Assembly (NCBI RefSeq): GCF_004010195.1
Contig: NC_057742.1
Location: forward strand, 19,385,161-19,449,160
DNA length: 64,000 bases
Source of the DNA: Chiloscyllium plagiosum
Taxonomy: Eukaryota
Direction: 5' to 3'
The translations under genes were made by a program, and so were the position numbers. The notes beneath the pieces are model-generated. The model was not told the origin of the DNA and ran no database searches. It saw only the letters and a list, made by a program, of their open reading frames with translations. Below are positions 1 to 12,739 of this stretch, one piece after another. Within the stretch, counting starts at the first letter, position 1. The number at the start of each line of letters is the position of its first letter.

Positions 1-99
1 TGATGGACTGAATGGCTAGCTTCCATATTGCAGGGATTCTAATATCCAAGATGGAGGTCCAGAAGAGTAACCAGGTACCCACATTGACTTTCATGTCAG

Positions 100-652
100 G
101 TACTTCTGGGGCTCTTTAAAGCTCTGGTCAGACCACATTTGGAGTATTGTACGCAATTTTCGACCCCATATATCAGGAAGGATGTAGCAAAATGTATTCA
201 GAGGAAGTTCATGAAAATGGTCCCATGAATGAAAAGCTTAACATATGAGGAACATTTGAGGACTCTGAGTCCATACTCAATGGAGTTGAGAATGATGAGG
301 GGGATCTAATTGAAACTTACTGATGACCTGGACAATGTGGATGTTGGGAAGATGTTTCCATTGGTAAGATAGACGGAGACCCAAGGCACAGCCTTAGAAC
401 AGAGATAAGGAGAAACATTTTCAGCCAGAGAGTGGTGAATCTGTGGAATTCACTGCCACAGAAGGCTGTGGAGGCCATGTCATTGAGTATATTTAAGATG
501 GAGATAAATAGGTTCTTGATTGTTAAGGGGATCAAGCGTTATGGGGAGAAAGTGGGAGAAAAGGGTTGAGAAACTTATCAGACATGATTGAATGGTAGAC
601 CAAACTTGATGGACTGAATGGTCTGATTTCTGCTCTTATGTCTTATGGTCTT
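100..652 (+). mobile_element. CR1-clade LINE 3' fragment
   Basis: Degenerate ORF2 end (LVRPHLEYC-like; RVVNLWNSLP-like) and a (TCTTATG)n tail. Confidence 0.8.
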
Positions 653-1149
653 CTGGAATTGTAACCACCTCATTTCTATCTGGAGTAGTAGATGATATAT
701 CTTTGAGACAGGATTGGTAAGAATAGCGTGCTAATACATGCATGATAATGGATGAGTGAGTATCAGCTATTCAAAGTTTAGTTGCACAGTTGTAAATTTT
801 CCTCTCAATGTTGAGAATCTCATTTCTGCTGATCTCACCCTATTTTCCCAATGATTTGCCTTTGCTCACATTGTTCAGTTACTGGGAAGTTGCCGCCCAC
901 TATGTGGAAGATGTGAATATCAATACACTCATAGAATTCAAAACTCACGTCAGAAACAACAGCTGAGGAATTGGAGCTATAATTTATGTTCTTCACAATA
1001 TAACCATCTCTTTGAAATATAATAATGTTTTCAAAATTGTATCATTGAGAAATGGCTATTCTGTCTGTGTAATTCTCTAAATAGAGTTTCACATTTGTTA
1101 TGGGTGCTTCTATTGTCTGCTTAGAAGAATGGGTAAATGTGAACTGCTC

Positions 1150-1280
1150 ATTCCTGAAGAAGGGCCTGTGCCCGAAATGTCGAATCTCCTGTTCCCTGGA
1201 TGCTGCCTGACCTGCTGTGCTGTTCCAGCAATAAAGTTTCAACTTTGATCTCCAGCATCTGCAGTCCTCACTTTCTCCTC
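1150..1280 (+). mobile_element. Penelope-like 3' terminal fragment (family A) with a minimal hammerhead core at 1154-1181
   Basis: ATTC-CTGAAGA-A-GGGC-CTGT-GCCC-GAAATGTC-GAAT. Near-identical to the copies at 6978-7105 and 19936-20141. Confidence 0.8.
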
Positions 1281-2598
1281 TTGATCAGATGGGCCAATGG
1301 GCTGAGGAGTGACAGCTGGGAGTTTAATTTAGGTAAATGTGAGGTGCTGCATTTTGGAAAGGCAAATCAGAGCAGGACTTACACACTTAATGGTAAGGTC
1401 CTGGGAGTGTTGCGGAACAAAGACCTGGAGTGCAGATTCATAGTTCCTTGAAAGTGGAGTTACAGGTAGATAAGATAGTGAATAAGGCATTTGGTATGCT
1501 TTCCTTTATTTGACAGAGCATTGAGTAGAGGAGTTGGAAGGTCACGTTGCGGCTGTACAGGGCATTGGTTAGGGCAGTTTTGGAATATTGTCTGCAAATC
1601 TGGTCTCCCTCCTATCAGAAGGATGTTGGGAAACTTGAAAGGGTTCAGAAAACATTTACGAGGATGTTGCTAGGATTTGATCTGTAGGGAGAGGCTGAAT
1701 GGGCTGGGGCTGTTTTCCCTGGAGTGTCAGAGGCTGAGGGATAGAACATAGAACATAACAGCGCAGTACAGGCCCTTCGGCCCTCGATGTTGCACTGCCC
1801 TGTCATACCAATCTGAAGCCCATCCCACCTACACTATTCCATGTACGTCCATATGCCTGTCCAATGACGACTTAAATGCACTTAAACTTGGCGAATCTAC
1901 TACCGTTGCAGACAAAGCATTCCATACCCTTACTACTCTCTGAGTAAAGAAATCACCTCTGACATTTGTCTTATACCTATCTCCCCTCACTTTAAAGTTG
2001 TGTCCCCTCGTGTTTGCCGTTCCCATACTTGGAAAAAGGCTCTCCCTGTCCACCCTATCTAATCCTCTGATTATCTTGTAGGTCTCTATTAAGTCACCTC
2101 TCAATATTCTTCTCTCTAATGAGAACAGTCCTCAAGGCCCTCAGTCTTTCCTCGTAAGACATTCCTTCCATACCAGGCAACATCCTAGTAAATCTCCTGT
2201 GCACCCTTTCCAAAGCTTCCACATCCTTCTTCATAGAGGTTAAAAAAACATTAGGGGCATGGATATGGTAAATAGACAAAGTATTTTCCCTGGGTTAGGG
2301 GAATCCAGAGCTAGAGGGCATAGGTTTAGGGTGAGGGGAAAAATTTAAAAGGGACCTACGGGGCAACTTTTTCACGCAGAGGGTGATATCTGTATGGAAT
2401 GAGCTGCCAGAGGAAGTGGTGGAGGCTGGTACAATTACAACATTTAAAAGGCATCTGGATGGATATATGATTAAGAAGGGTTTAGAGGGATATAGGCCAT
2501 TGCTGGAAAATGGGACTAGATTCGGTTAGGATATCTGGTCGGCATGGATGAGTTGGACTGAAGGGTCTGTTCCCTTGCTGTATATCTTATGTGTCTTA
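1281..2598 (+). mobile_element. HER1/CR1 LINE 3' fragment, interrupted at 1741-2232
   Basis: Degenerate ORF2 end (KCEVLHFG; GNFFTQRV..WNELP). 3' end is shared with the HE1 SINE tail. Confidence 0.85.
1741..2232 (-). mobile_element. CR1 LINE 3' fragment of a second family, nested in the previous element
   Basis: ORF 1829-2104 MRGDLIETYKIIRGLDRVD...FFTQRVVRVWNAL; (ATAGAAC)n tail on the + strand. Confidence 0.85.
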
Positions 2599-2609
2599 CA
2601 ATTGTGTAC

Positions 2610-2740
2610 TCCACAACGACCTGATGAAGGAGCGTCGCTCCAAAAGCTAGTGCTTCCAATTAAACCTGTTGGACTATAACCTGGTGTTGTGTGATTTTTA
2701 ACTTTGTACACCCCAGTCCAACATCAGCATCTCCAAATCT
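2610..2740 (+). mobile_element. Penelope-like terminal fragment (family B) with a degenerate hammerhead core
   Basis: CTGATGA-A-GGAGC-GTC-GCTCC-aAAAGCTAGTGCTTC (G12 mutated). Same family as 59839-60036. Confidence 0.7.
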
Positions 2741-4368
2741 TGTAATTTATAACATTGACTGAAGGGTTCGGTCAGGTATCTGATCTTTATCAGATGTTAT
2801 ACTGCAGGTTTCTTTTGTATTGCATGCTTGCCTGTGCTTCTATTAATGAAAGGAAGCATGAACGATCATGAGAAAATGAATGTCTTCAAAGAATAAAATT
2901 GCGTTATGACTGTTGTTTCAGTGAGCAGGTTGGCAGAACAGAATCGCTGCAACAAAGGCCTGGGATTCCTGTGGTCAGAGAGTTTGTTATTTCCACAGTA
3001 CAGACATTTCATCATGATCCTGTGAATTCTGCAGCAGATTCCATGGGAATTGTCTTGGAAATGAAAGATTCCATAGAAAAATTCCTCTGCATCTGATACC
3101 TTCTGAGGGAGAGTGGGGGAGAAAACCCCTTAAAGTTGGAGCTTTCAAAGAGTTTCACTCCTATTATCTGAATAGTGACCCCCGGAAGAAGCTCAGACGC
3201 ATACACCTTCCCCTGACCTCTTACACCCTTTGGATCCCTGGCAACCAGCCCTGATCAGCTTCCTCCCCCTCCCCCACTCCCACACCTGATTCGCCCAGTC
3301 CATACCAGCAGCCTAAAGCTCTCCTGGTAATAAGATCACACCTGCCACCGGTCTCTGTCTGGCAGAGCTGCAGGATATTTGAATCTCAGAAGGTGGCACA
3401 ATGGCTGCTGCAGAAGAGCATGTAGGTTTAAGCGGAGACCATTCACCCCTGCCCCACCATTAAATATGATCATGGCTGATCACTGAGCCTCAGACTGTGC
3501 CCCTTACCTTGTGCCCGATTGATAATCAGAAATTTGTCAATTTCTAACCTTAATCACACTCAAAGACTGAGAATTCCAAATGTTCACTACCCGCTGAGTT
3601 TCTTTTTAAAAATCCTCATCTCAGACCAAGTGGCATCCCTGTCATTTTTAAATTATGCAATCCTGGTACTAGATTCCCCAGCCAGGGGAACATCTTACCT
3701 GAATATGTTTTGTCCATCTCTTTAAGTATTTGTGGGTTATAGTCTGATCACCTCTCATTCTGCAAAACTCTTAGAGTCTAGTTTGCCCAATCTCTCTCTA
3801 TGGGAACAAGTTCTGGTGAATCTTCTGTTATACTCCTTCTCTGGTAATATTCTGTCTCCTGGGATAAGGAGACCAAAGCTGTACTCAGTACTCTGGGTGC
3901 AGTCTCACCAAGCTCCAATAAAACTGAAGCAAATGTAGATTGACTTCCCTGGTTATCCTGCTCTGTGGACGAATTGGATTCGTTTCAGCTTTGTTCCATG
4001 TTTCTGTACGATCCAGGATTAGAATTCCTAACTAGGAGTTCAGTACAACTGTTAAATCAGGAACAAAGTGGTAATCCAACTCCTTGAAATATCTAGGCCC
4101 AAGTGTCTGCGTCTGGTTCATTTTAAAAATTCAGTAGAACTAAAATAGCAAGGACGTGGTTAGCTCAGATGGATCTTGAGGCCAGGAGCAGGCTGCAGAA
4201 AGACACACTGAACCAGGATTCATATGACCCATGGTGTGAAAAAAACACCCTAACAAGAAGCTATGTGATGCGGCAGCTAAATGTGTGATATGTTGAAGAT
4301 CTGAAAATAGAACTATTGCAGTCAGAAGGGATTTGTGGTATTAGCTAACTTATTTTAATGTCTGTCAG

Positions 4369-4643
4369 GTGGACGAAGAGGTCTTTTACTCGAAAGAGAT
4401 GGTATCCAGTCTGGCGTTCGGCCTGGCATTCCTACAGCGAATGGACATGAAACCTGTGGTTGTGATAGGATTTTCATGTCAGCAGGCTGGAGAGCGATCC
4501 GATTCATTCACTGAAACCAAATCCTTATTACTCAGGAATTGCAGGATCCTAACTGATGCACTGCATAGGAATTCAGCTGTCATCATGCCATTTTTTAATG
4601 GAGGTTCCTTACTGAGAGCAGAGGAGTCTTCGTCTCACAACAG
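4369..4643 (+). CDS. NAGS: N-acetylglutamate synthase, exon 2 (VDEEVFYSKEMVSSLAFGLAFLQRMDMKP...EESSSHN)
   Basis: Acceptor tgtcag|GTG, donor AG|gtacat, 275 nt. Contains the NAGS motif SLAFxLAFLQRMDMKP. Confidence 0.96.
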
Positions 4644-6137
4644 GTACATATAACTTTTAGTACAAAAGTCAAAAGTTAAATACTAAAGTATCAATGACTC
4701 ATAGATTGGAACTTCACGAATTGCATTGAATGTCAATGATGTACCAAGATAAATAACTGCTTTGAAGTCATTGTTTAAGAATCACACATGTTCTTGCTTC
4801 ACTGTAAATTGCATATAGCACAAATTGGAAAAATGATCAATTTTCAGACAGTGATTGAATTTCCCTAGCTCTCAGATTAGTAATGCTGGAAAAGGGAAGA
4901 GAGGCACTAAATGGCATTCCCGACTCGTGGAGTCAAGACCGTATCCTGGAACTGTTATTTCTCACAACTGTGTGCTAAGTGTCTCTCAATGATCACGGTG
5001 CTTGTTTAGCACCAGTAAGCTGTGGCAGGTGCTGAGCCATTGCAGCTAATCTCTTGAATATGGACAATACAATTCCTCCTTTAAGCAGAAAATATGTGGA
5101 TATTTTCCCTGCTAAGACATCAGCAACAGTATCATAGAAATTGAAGCTTTAAATTGCAACAATGTATCTGATTTTGTGAGCAAATCATTCTTCGAGAGAA
5201 GAATAGGCATTCTGCATTTTTCATTAAAAAGGGAATTGTTGTCCCATCTCCACCGCTCCGCCCTCCCACAAAAAAAAGTCAATACATCAACTTTGGGGAA
5301 TGGAAAGGAAAGGCCTCCTCTACTCAGGAGAACAGTGCACCACTAATTTTATTTATTAGTTTTCTCTTTTCATAATTCCTGGGATTTTGAGGGTCATTGA
5401 CTCGGGCCATCTCTATTTGCATTCGAGAAGGTGGTGGCGATCTGCATTCTTGAATAACTGCAACACATGTCGTGTAGATACACACAACCTTGTCAGGATT
5501 GGAGCTCCAGGGTTTTGACCCGATGACAGGGAAGAAAAGGCAATGTAATTCCAAGTTAGGATAGTGTGGGGCTTAGAGGGGAACTTGCAGATGGGGGTGT
5601 TCCCATGTATCTGCTGTCCTTGTAGAGGTGCTGGAAGTTGAAGGTTTAGAAGGTGCTGTTGGAGGAGATGTGGTAAGTTGTTCCAGTGCGTCTTGTAGAT
5701 GATACAAAGTGCAGCCACTTTGCTTTGTCAGTTTCAGATAGGATCTCAGTAAAGTGGGCTTGGATCGTATCAAGGTTCCTGAGTGTTGCTGGGGCTGCAC
5801 TTGTTCAGGCAGGTGGAGAGACTTCCATTACACTATTGACTTATGTGGTACGTGGTAGACAGGCTTTAGGAAGTCAGGAGGGGAGTTACTCAGTTCAGAA
5901 TTCCTAATATTTGACCTGCCGTTGTAGCCACTGTATTTGTATGGCTGGTCCAGTTCAGTGTCTCACAGTGGTAAACCTTGTTGGCACTGGGGAAATCAGT
6001 GATGATAATGCCATTGAACATCAAGTGGCAATAGCTGAATTCTCTTTGGGAACTGATCATTGTGGCCACTTGTGTGGCATGAATGTTACTTCCCATTATT
6101 CAACACAAACTTGAATGTTACCCAGGCCTTAGTGCAA

Positions 6138-6460
6138 TTAGATTAGATTAGATCCCCAACAGTGTGGAAACAGGCCCCTCGGCCCAACCAGTCCACACCG
6201 ACCCTCCGAAGAGTAACCCACACAGACCCACTTCCCCTCTGACTATTGCACCTAACATTATGGGCAATTTAGCATGGCCAGTTCACCTAACCTGCACATT
6301 TTTGGATTGTGGAAGGATACCGGAGCACCCAGAGGAAACCCACGCAGATACGGGGAGAATGTGCAAACTCCACACAGACAGTTGCCCGAGGCTGGAATCA
6401 AACCTGCGACCCTGGTACTGTGAGGCAGTGGTGCTAACCACTGAGCCACCGTGTCACCCC
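6138..6460 (-). mobile_element. HE1-type tRNA-derived V-SINE
   Basis: tRNA-like head, V-domain TGTGTGGAGTTTGCACATTCTCCCCGT, (TAATC)n tail. Confidence 0.9.
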
Positions 6461-6977
6461 AAATAGGCAGAGACTGCGTCAATACCTGAGAGTTGCAAAT
6501 GCTTCTGAACATTGTGTGATCAATTGCAAACATCCACACTTCTTAGCTTTGGATAGAGGAAAGGTTATTGAAAAAGCAGTCTCGGATGCCTGAGCCTAGC
6601 AATTACATTTACGCAGTAATATTATTGAGCTGAGATGATTGACCTCCAATGGAGACAATCAATTTTCCTATGTATTATGTATAACTGCAATCAATGCAGA
6701 ATATTTGCATTGTATCCAGTTTTGGGCTCATTTCTGCTCCATTCTGGTAAATGTGGCCTTAATGTCAGGGGTAGCTCACTTCCCTTCCTGAATTCATTTT
6801 ACTTTACATATTTGGACCAAAGTTGTAATGTGGTCAGGAGCTTGGTAGTCCTGATGGAACAACAACTGGGCATTAGTGAGCAGGTTATTGCTGAGCAAGT
6901 ACCACTTGATAGCACTGTTGATAACACTTTCCAACTTTTACTGATGACTGAGAGTAGACTGATGGATTTGACCTGCA

Positions 6978-7102
6978 GGGAGAAAGTGAGGTCTGCAGAT
7001 GCTGGAGATCAAAGTTGAAACTTTATTGCTGGAACAGCACAGCAGGTCAGGCAGCATCCAGGGAACAGGAGATTCGACGTTTCGGGCACAGGCCCTTCTT
7101 CA
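6978..7102 (-). mobile_element. Penelope-like short element (family A), intact hammerhead core 7076-7103, 14-bp TSD
   Basis: TSD ggatttgacctgca at 6964-6977 and 7103-7116. The - strand reads CTGAAGA-A-GGGC-CTGT-GCCC-GAAAC-GTC. Confidence 0.85.
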
Positions 7103-7411
7103 GGATTTGACCTGCATCTTGTGGGTGGAACATGCCTGGGCAGTTTTTCACATTGTTGAGCAGCTGCCAGTGTTGAAGCATATTGGAACAGCAAGGCTAC
7201 AGGCATGGCTAATTCTGGAGCAGAAGTCTTCAGTAATATTGTGGGAATGTTGTCAGGCCCCATAGCCTTTGCAATATCTGCTACCTTCAGTCATTTCTTG
7301 ATATCACATGGAGTGAATCAAATGGACTAAAGATGACATCTGTGATGTTGGGGATTTCAGGAGGCAGCTGAAGATAGACACAAGTAATTCAGCTTTGTCT
7401 TTTGTACTGAT

Positions 7412-7750
7412 GGGTGTCATGGTGGCTCAGTGGTTAGCACTGCTGCTTCACAGTGCCAGGGACTTGGGTTCGATTCCAGCCTCAGATGACAGTCTGTGTG
7501 GAATCTGCACATTCTCCCCATGTCTGCGTGGGTTTCCTCCGGTTGCCTCTCATGGTCCAAAGATGGGCAGGTTAGTGGATTGGCCGTGTTAAGTTGTCCA
7601 TAAAGTCCAGGGATGTGCAGGCTAGGTGGATTAGTCATGGGAAATGCAGGGATGGGATGGGTCTGGGTGGGCTGCTCTTTGGAGGGGCGGTGTGGACTTG
7701 ATGGGCAGAATGGCCTGCTTCCACCTTGCAGGGACTTTATGATTCTATGA
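7412..7750 (+). mobile_element. HE1-type V-SINE (older copy)
   Basis: A box TGGCTCAGTGG, B box GGTTCGATTCC, V-domain, CR1-derived tail. Confidence 0.9.
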
Positions 7751-8224
7751 ACTAGATTCCCCCATCATTGAAGATGAAGATAATTGTGGGGACTGCTCCT
7801 CCAGTAAGTTGTTGAATTGTCCACCATCATTCATGACTGGATATGGCAGGACTGAAGAGTTTAGAAATGGTTTTGAGGTTGCTTAGCTCTGTTTACTGCA
7901 CACTGCTTTTCTCACTTGGCTTGTGAGTAGTCCCGTGTTGTAACTTCACCAGGTAGATGCCTCATTTTTAGGTGTGCCCTCTTGCACTCTTCATTGGTGG
8001 TTCATGGTAGGGTGGGGATATGTTGGAACATGCCTTTACAGATTATGGTCAAATACAGTACTGGCTGCTTCTGACTGCCACAGTGCCTTTAGGATTCGAG
8101 GAATTGACTTGTTAGGTCTGTTCAAAATCTCTCCCATTCAGCACAACGCTATCGCCAAGGGTAACTTCAACGTAAAGTCAGACCTTCGTCTTCACAAGGA
8201 ATGTGTGGTGAATATATAAACACA

Positions 8225-8580
8225 CAAACAGAAGACATAGGTGCAGAAATTAGGCCATTCAGCCCATTGAATCTGATCCACCATTCAGTCATGGCTGATA
8301 AGTTTCTAAACCCCATTCTCCTGTTTCCTCCTCATAACCCTTGAACCCCTTGATAATCAAGTATCTGTCTATCTCAGTCTTAAATATACTCACTGATCTA
8401 GCCTCCACAGCCTTCTGTGACAATAAATTCCATGGTTTCATCATTGTCTGGCTGAAGAAGTTTCTCCATATCTCCGTTCTAAAAGGTTTATTCGAAGGCT
8501 GTGTCCTCGGCTCCTAGTCTCTTCTACCAATGGAAACATCTTCCCTACATCCACTCTGTCCAGGCCATTCAGTATTCTGT
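8225..8580 (-). mobile_element. CR1 LINE 3' fragment
   Basis: Reverse-complement homology to about 330-650. Confidence 0.75.
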
Positions 8581-9103
8581 ATGTAGTAGTAGGCCATCCA
8601 GGCCTTCAAACCTGCTGTGCCATTCAGTAAGATCATGGGGAATCTGCTTGTGCTCTGAATTCCACATTCCAACCTACCCCCCAATAATGTTATACTTGTG
8701 AAATAAGAGAATTAACCTGCCTCCCGCTTTAAAAAACATGAGCGATTCTCCTGCCACAGCCTTCTCACTGAAAGAGCTCCAATAGGTCAGAGCTCCAGAC
8801 CAGGTGAGATTTGCAACCCTCTGATAGAAAAGAAATTCCCTTAATCTCTGATCTCAAAGGGTGACCACTAATTTTAAAACACTGCCCTCAGTTCTGATCT
8901 CATCCATAAGAGGAAATATCCTTTCCACTGCCAGTTCCTCCTTGTCACTCCTACTAATGCAATCATGGACAGATGGATCTGCTATACTTAAATTGGAGAG
9001 GACAAGATTAAGTATATCTTCCCTCTTGTTGGTGTTCTCACCATCTGCCACAGGCCCAGTCAAGCAGCTATGTCCTTTAGGGAGAATTCAGAGAGGATGT
9101 CTT

Positions 9104-9840
9104 AGAGTCATAGAGCTGTACAGCATGGAAACAGACTGTTCAGTCCAACTTGTCCGACCTGACCAGATATCCGAAATTAATCTAGTCCCATTTGCTAGCA
9201 TTTGGCCCATATCCCGCTAAACCCTTCTCATTTTAAATGTTGTAACTGTACCAGCCTCCGCCACTTCCTCTGGCAGTTAATTTCATACATGTACCACTTG
9301 CTGTGTGAAAAAGTATCCCCCTCGGTCTCTTTTAAATCTTTCCCCTCTCACCTTAAACCTAGGCACTCTAGTTTTGGAATCCCTTACGCTGGAGAAAAGA
9401 CCTGGGCTATTAACCCTATCTATGCCCCTCATGATTTTATAAACTTCCCTATAAGGTCACTCCTCAGCCTCTTATGCTCCAGAGAAAATAGATTAGATTC
9501 CCTTCAGCGTGGAAACAGGCCCTTCAGCCCAACAAGTCCACACCAACCCTCCAAAGAATAACCCATCTAGACCTATTCCCCCTAACCAATGCACCTAACT
9601 CTACGGGCAATTTAGCATGAGCAATTCACCTGACCTGCATATCTTTGGACTGTGGGAGAAAACTGGAGCACCCAGAGGAAACCCACACAGACACAGGGAG
9701 AATGTGCAAACTCCACACAGACAGTCACCCGAGACTGGAATCGAATCCGGGTCCCTGGCGCTGTGAGGCAGCAGTACTAACCACTGAGCCACCATGCCAT
9801 CCCAGTCTATTCTGCCTCTCCCTATAGCTCAAACAATCCA
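9104..9840 (-). mobile_element. HER1/CR1 3' fragment with a nested HE1 SINE
   Basis: Homologous to 59505-60330; interrupted at 9489-9803. Confidence 0.8.
9489..9803 (-). mobile_element. HE1-type V-SINE
   Basis: Full head, V-domain and tail. Confidence 0.9.
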
Positions 9841-9849
9841 ACTCAGAAC

Positions 9850-9980
9850 TCAATCTTGAAGAAGGGTCACTGGACCCTGAACATTAATTCTGCTTGCTCT
9901 CCACAGATGCTGTCAGACCTGCTGAGCTTTTCCAGCAATTTCTGCTTCTGATTTCCAGCAAATGCAGTTCTTTTGGTTTT
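9850..9980 (+). mobile_element. Degenerate Penelope-like terminal fragment (family C)
   Basis: ttGAAGA-A-GGGTC-ACTG-GACCC relic of the core, followed by CAGATGCTGTCAGACCTGCTGAG. Related to 16740-16845. Confidence 0.6.
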
Positions 9981-10969
9981 TCTGTCCTTCAGGTCTTAGC
10001 TAACCCAGTGTGTAGTGGGACTACTGAGCTATTCTTGGTAATAGATATCAAAGTCCCCCACGCAGGGTAGACTCTGTGCCCTTGCCACCCTCAATGCTTC
10101 TTCTAAGAATGGGTGGGTTGGGGTAGGGGAGTTGTCTGTTTGCCCATGTTTGACTTAATGCCTCGAGATCTTATGAGGTCTAAAGCATTGTTAAGGTGTC
10201 CCAGGGCAATTTTGCTGAGTCTGTTTGCTGAGAAAGGACATACCTGGGGATGGTGAAGGTGGAGTCTGGTAAATTTGCTGGAAAGTGTTATTCATTGGCA
10301 ATGACGACATCAGTTTGTTGTTTGATTAGTCCATGGGACAGATCACCCAATTTTGTCACAAGCCTTTAGATACTAGCAGAAAAATCTTGCAGGGTTGGCA
10401 GGGCTGTGTGCATCATTGTCATTTCTGGTGCCTTGATTGGTGGTTTGTCTAGTTTCATGTCTTTTATCTAACATTGTATTGGGTGACAGGCTCGGCTATT
10501 TCAGAGCGCACTTAAGCGGCAAGCACATTGCTGTGGGTTTAGAGCCAAATATAGGCCAGAGTAGGTTAGATTTGCAGAGTTTCCTTCCCTATTGGATTTT
10601 AGGTTATTTTTGGGAAAATATAGGACTATCCATCAATAAAGGGTATCACTCACATTCAACAAAATGAATAACTAGCCTAAAAAGGCTGCATGAGTTTTGC
10701 TTTAATGGTCGGTTAAAATTTAGAGCAAGAGGAACCCATTCAGTCACTCAATCCCTTTCCATTACTTAACTGGATTATAACAAATCTGTATCTTAATTCC
10801 ATTATTCAACTTAGTTCTGTATAATGTAGTACATTTGACTAACAAAAGTATATTGATTTTCATTTGTAAATTTTTAAGTGACCAAGCCCTTCCAGCTTTT
10901 TTAGCAGACGAAGCTCTGGATTTCCCCTGCCCTATTTCTGAAATGCTTCCAGTCTTCACAGCTGAATGG

Positions 10970-11115
10970 TCTCACTCTCTCTCTCTCTCACACACTCTCA
11001 CACACACTCTCTCTCACACACATTGTCTCTCTCTCACACACTCACTCCCTCTCGCACTCTCTCTCTCAGACACACATATGCTCTCTCTCTCTCTGTCACT
11101 CTCTTTTTCTCTCTC
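10970..11115. repeat. Compound (CT)n/(CA)n microsatellite
   Basis: Directly visible dinucleotide runs about 210 bp upstream of NAGS exon 3. Confidence 0.95.
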
Positions 11116-11326
11116 AATATCCTGCTCAATGGCTTTGAACTTCCTCACTAGAGGAGATAGTTTACATCTATTTATTTCATAAAAGCATTTAATCATTTTA
11201 ATTTAATTCACATTCATTTTGCAATTATAGTGAACCTAGGGCCTTTGGCCTACTTCAATTTCTTATGTTTGACTGCCAACGAGAGCTAGAGTAACAACAG
11301 GGTTGACTCTGATTTTTATTGTGTAG

Positions 11327-11540
11327 TTTTGGGAACGTAATTTCGGTGGAGCAAGATCTGTTAAATTGGAGCCTGGAGTCTGGCCACATTCCTATCATCT
11401 GCTCTGTGGGAGAGACCTCTGATGGACAATTAGTGCTTCTAAATTCCTTGGGTGTCACAGCAACAATTGCCAAGTTAATGCAACCCCTGAAAGTGTTGTT
11501 TCTGAACAATTCTGGAGGTCTTCAGGACTATGACAGAAAG
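11327..11540 (+). CDS. NAGS: NAGS exon 3 (FGNVISVEQDLLNWSLESGHIPII...FLNNSGGLQDYDRK)
   Basis: Acceptor gtgtag|T, donor AAG|gtgagt, 214 nt, phase consistent with exon 2. Confidence 0.96.
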
Positions 11541-12739
11541 GTGAGTCAAATTATTTTGCTTTGCTCATTATGGTATATCAGGATTTCCTTTATCGGATAG
11601 CTAATTGGGTTGATATTCCACACAGTAGAGTGTGAAAGCCGAGCAGTTGGTCACTTTTTCATGCTTAAATAATATAGAAAAAGGCAACTAGACACTCCAT
11701 CACTTTAATCTTTTGACTCCTCCCATTTCCGACACCACCTGTGTCAGTCCACCTGATTCCAACTTGTACCCCCTACATACTCTCTCAGGGCTCTATGTTG
11801 GTATTCTTTCTGTCACTCAGAAGTTGCTGCAGTGATTCTTTTAAGTCCTTGCTGCCCTTGGGTGTAATAATGATTCCCCCACATTCAAGTGCTCAGTGGA
11901 GTATGCATAGGCAAGTTTTCATGATCTTGAGATGGTGTACTGTTTATTACCCTCTGCAGTCCCACCCACAACATTGCTAGACCCGACTTGACAGGAGGTA
12001 GACGTGAAGGACAAATGGGAAGAACCGGTAATGGTACTGAGTATCTGAGGGAATTTTCTGTTATGATTGAATACTGCCACGAATCATGTAGGTGAAAGAT
12101 TTAAGTCAAATACTAGATACCTATTTGATCAGGATAAAGCTTCCAAATATCAGAAACTGGCCTAGAAAGTCAAAACTTAAATAAAACCAACAGTCATCCC
12201 TGAGTAATACTACACATTATAAATAATTGTACCATGGATACTTGGATCTTTTGTTCTCTAAACTCTCCCCAACTTGTGTACGATAATAAATGAATGATTC
12301 GTCAGTATTTATGCTGAATCAGAGGAAATGAGACCAAATGAATGTATAAATAAAGAGGCTGAATACAGGGTGAATCAGAGCGTGATCCTTTCAATTATCT
12401 GGAACAGCTTCAGGGTTGGCCTCAAAAAATAATATAAAATAATCCGAGACGACTATAACTTAGTATTTGTCTGTAATAAGAATCATTGTTATATTTCACC
12501 ATTAAGAACAGAAATTTCTTAACAATTCCTCATCCATGAATTGTTAAAGAATAGATCTATGGATTTCAATCTCAAGTGTAGCTCTGTTTTTCACTATTGC
12601 AGAAGGAAAGTGTGGGTGGAATATTTTTGATGTAGAGCCCATTTTCAAATTCAGGTTTAAGACAGTGAAATGCTCTCACAAGTTTTAAAAGTATTACCTC
12701 ACACTTACTGAATTACTTTCCCTGTTATTTTAGAACAAG

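Larger units (their letters stand above)
5370..10440 (-). mobile_element. Old, fragmented CR1/L2-type LINE carrying many younger nested insertions
   Basis: Minus-strand remnants GPDNIPTILLKTSAPELA (pre-RT, about 7200-7263) and DILNLVLSNL (APE endonuclease-like, about 9000). The 3' end near 5370 resembles 25700-25790 and 60680-60880. Confidence 0.6.

Noticed and set aside
2899-3096. ORF upstream of NAGS exon 2, considered as NAGS exon 1
   Set aside because: It lacks the expected GEARxWL...KPFAV motif and has no suitable donor. Exon 1 must lie upstream of the window.
4663-4680. DR1/HNF4-like AAGTCAAAAGTTA near the NAGS exon 2 donor
   Set aside because: A weak match that is expected by chance in AT-rich DNA, with no conservation data to support it.
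7412-7490. tRNA-like A/B boxes
   Set aside because: These are SINE heads continuing into V-domains, not stand-alone tRNA genes.
10835-11196. Ser/Leu/His/Thr-rich ORFs
   Set aside because: These are translations of the CT/CA microsatellite.
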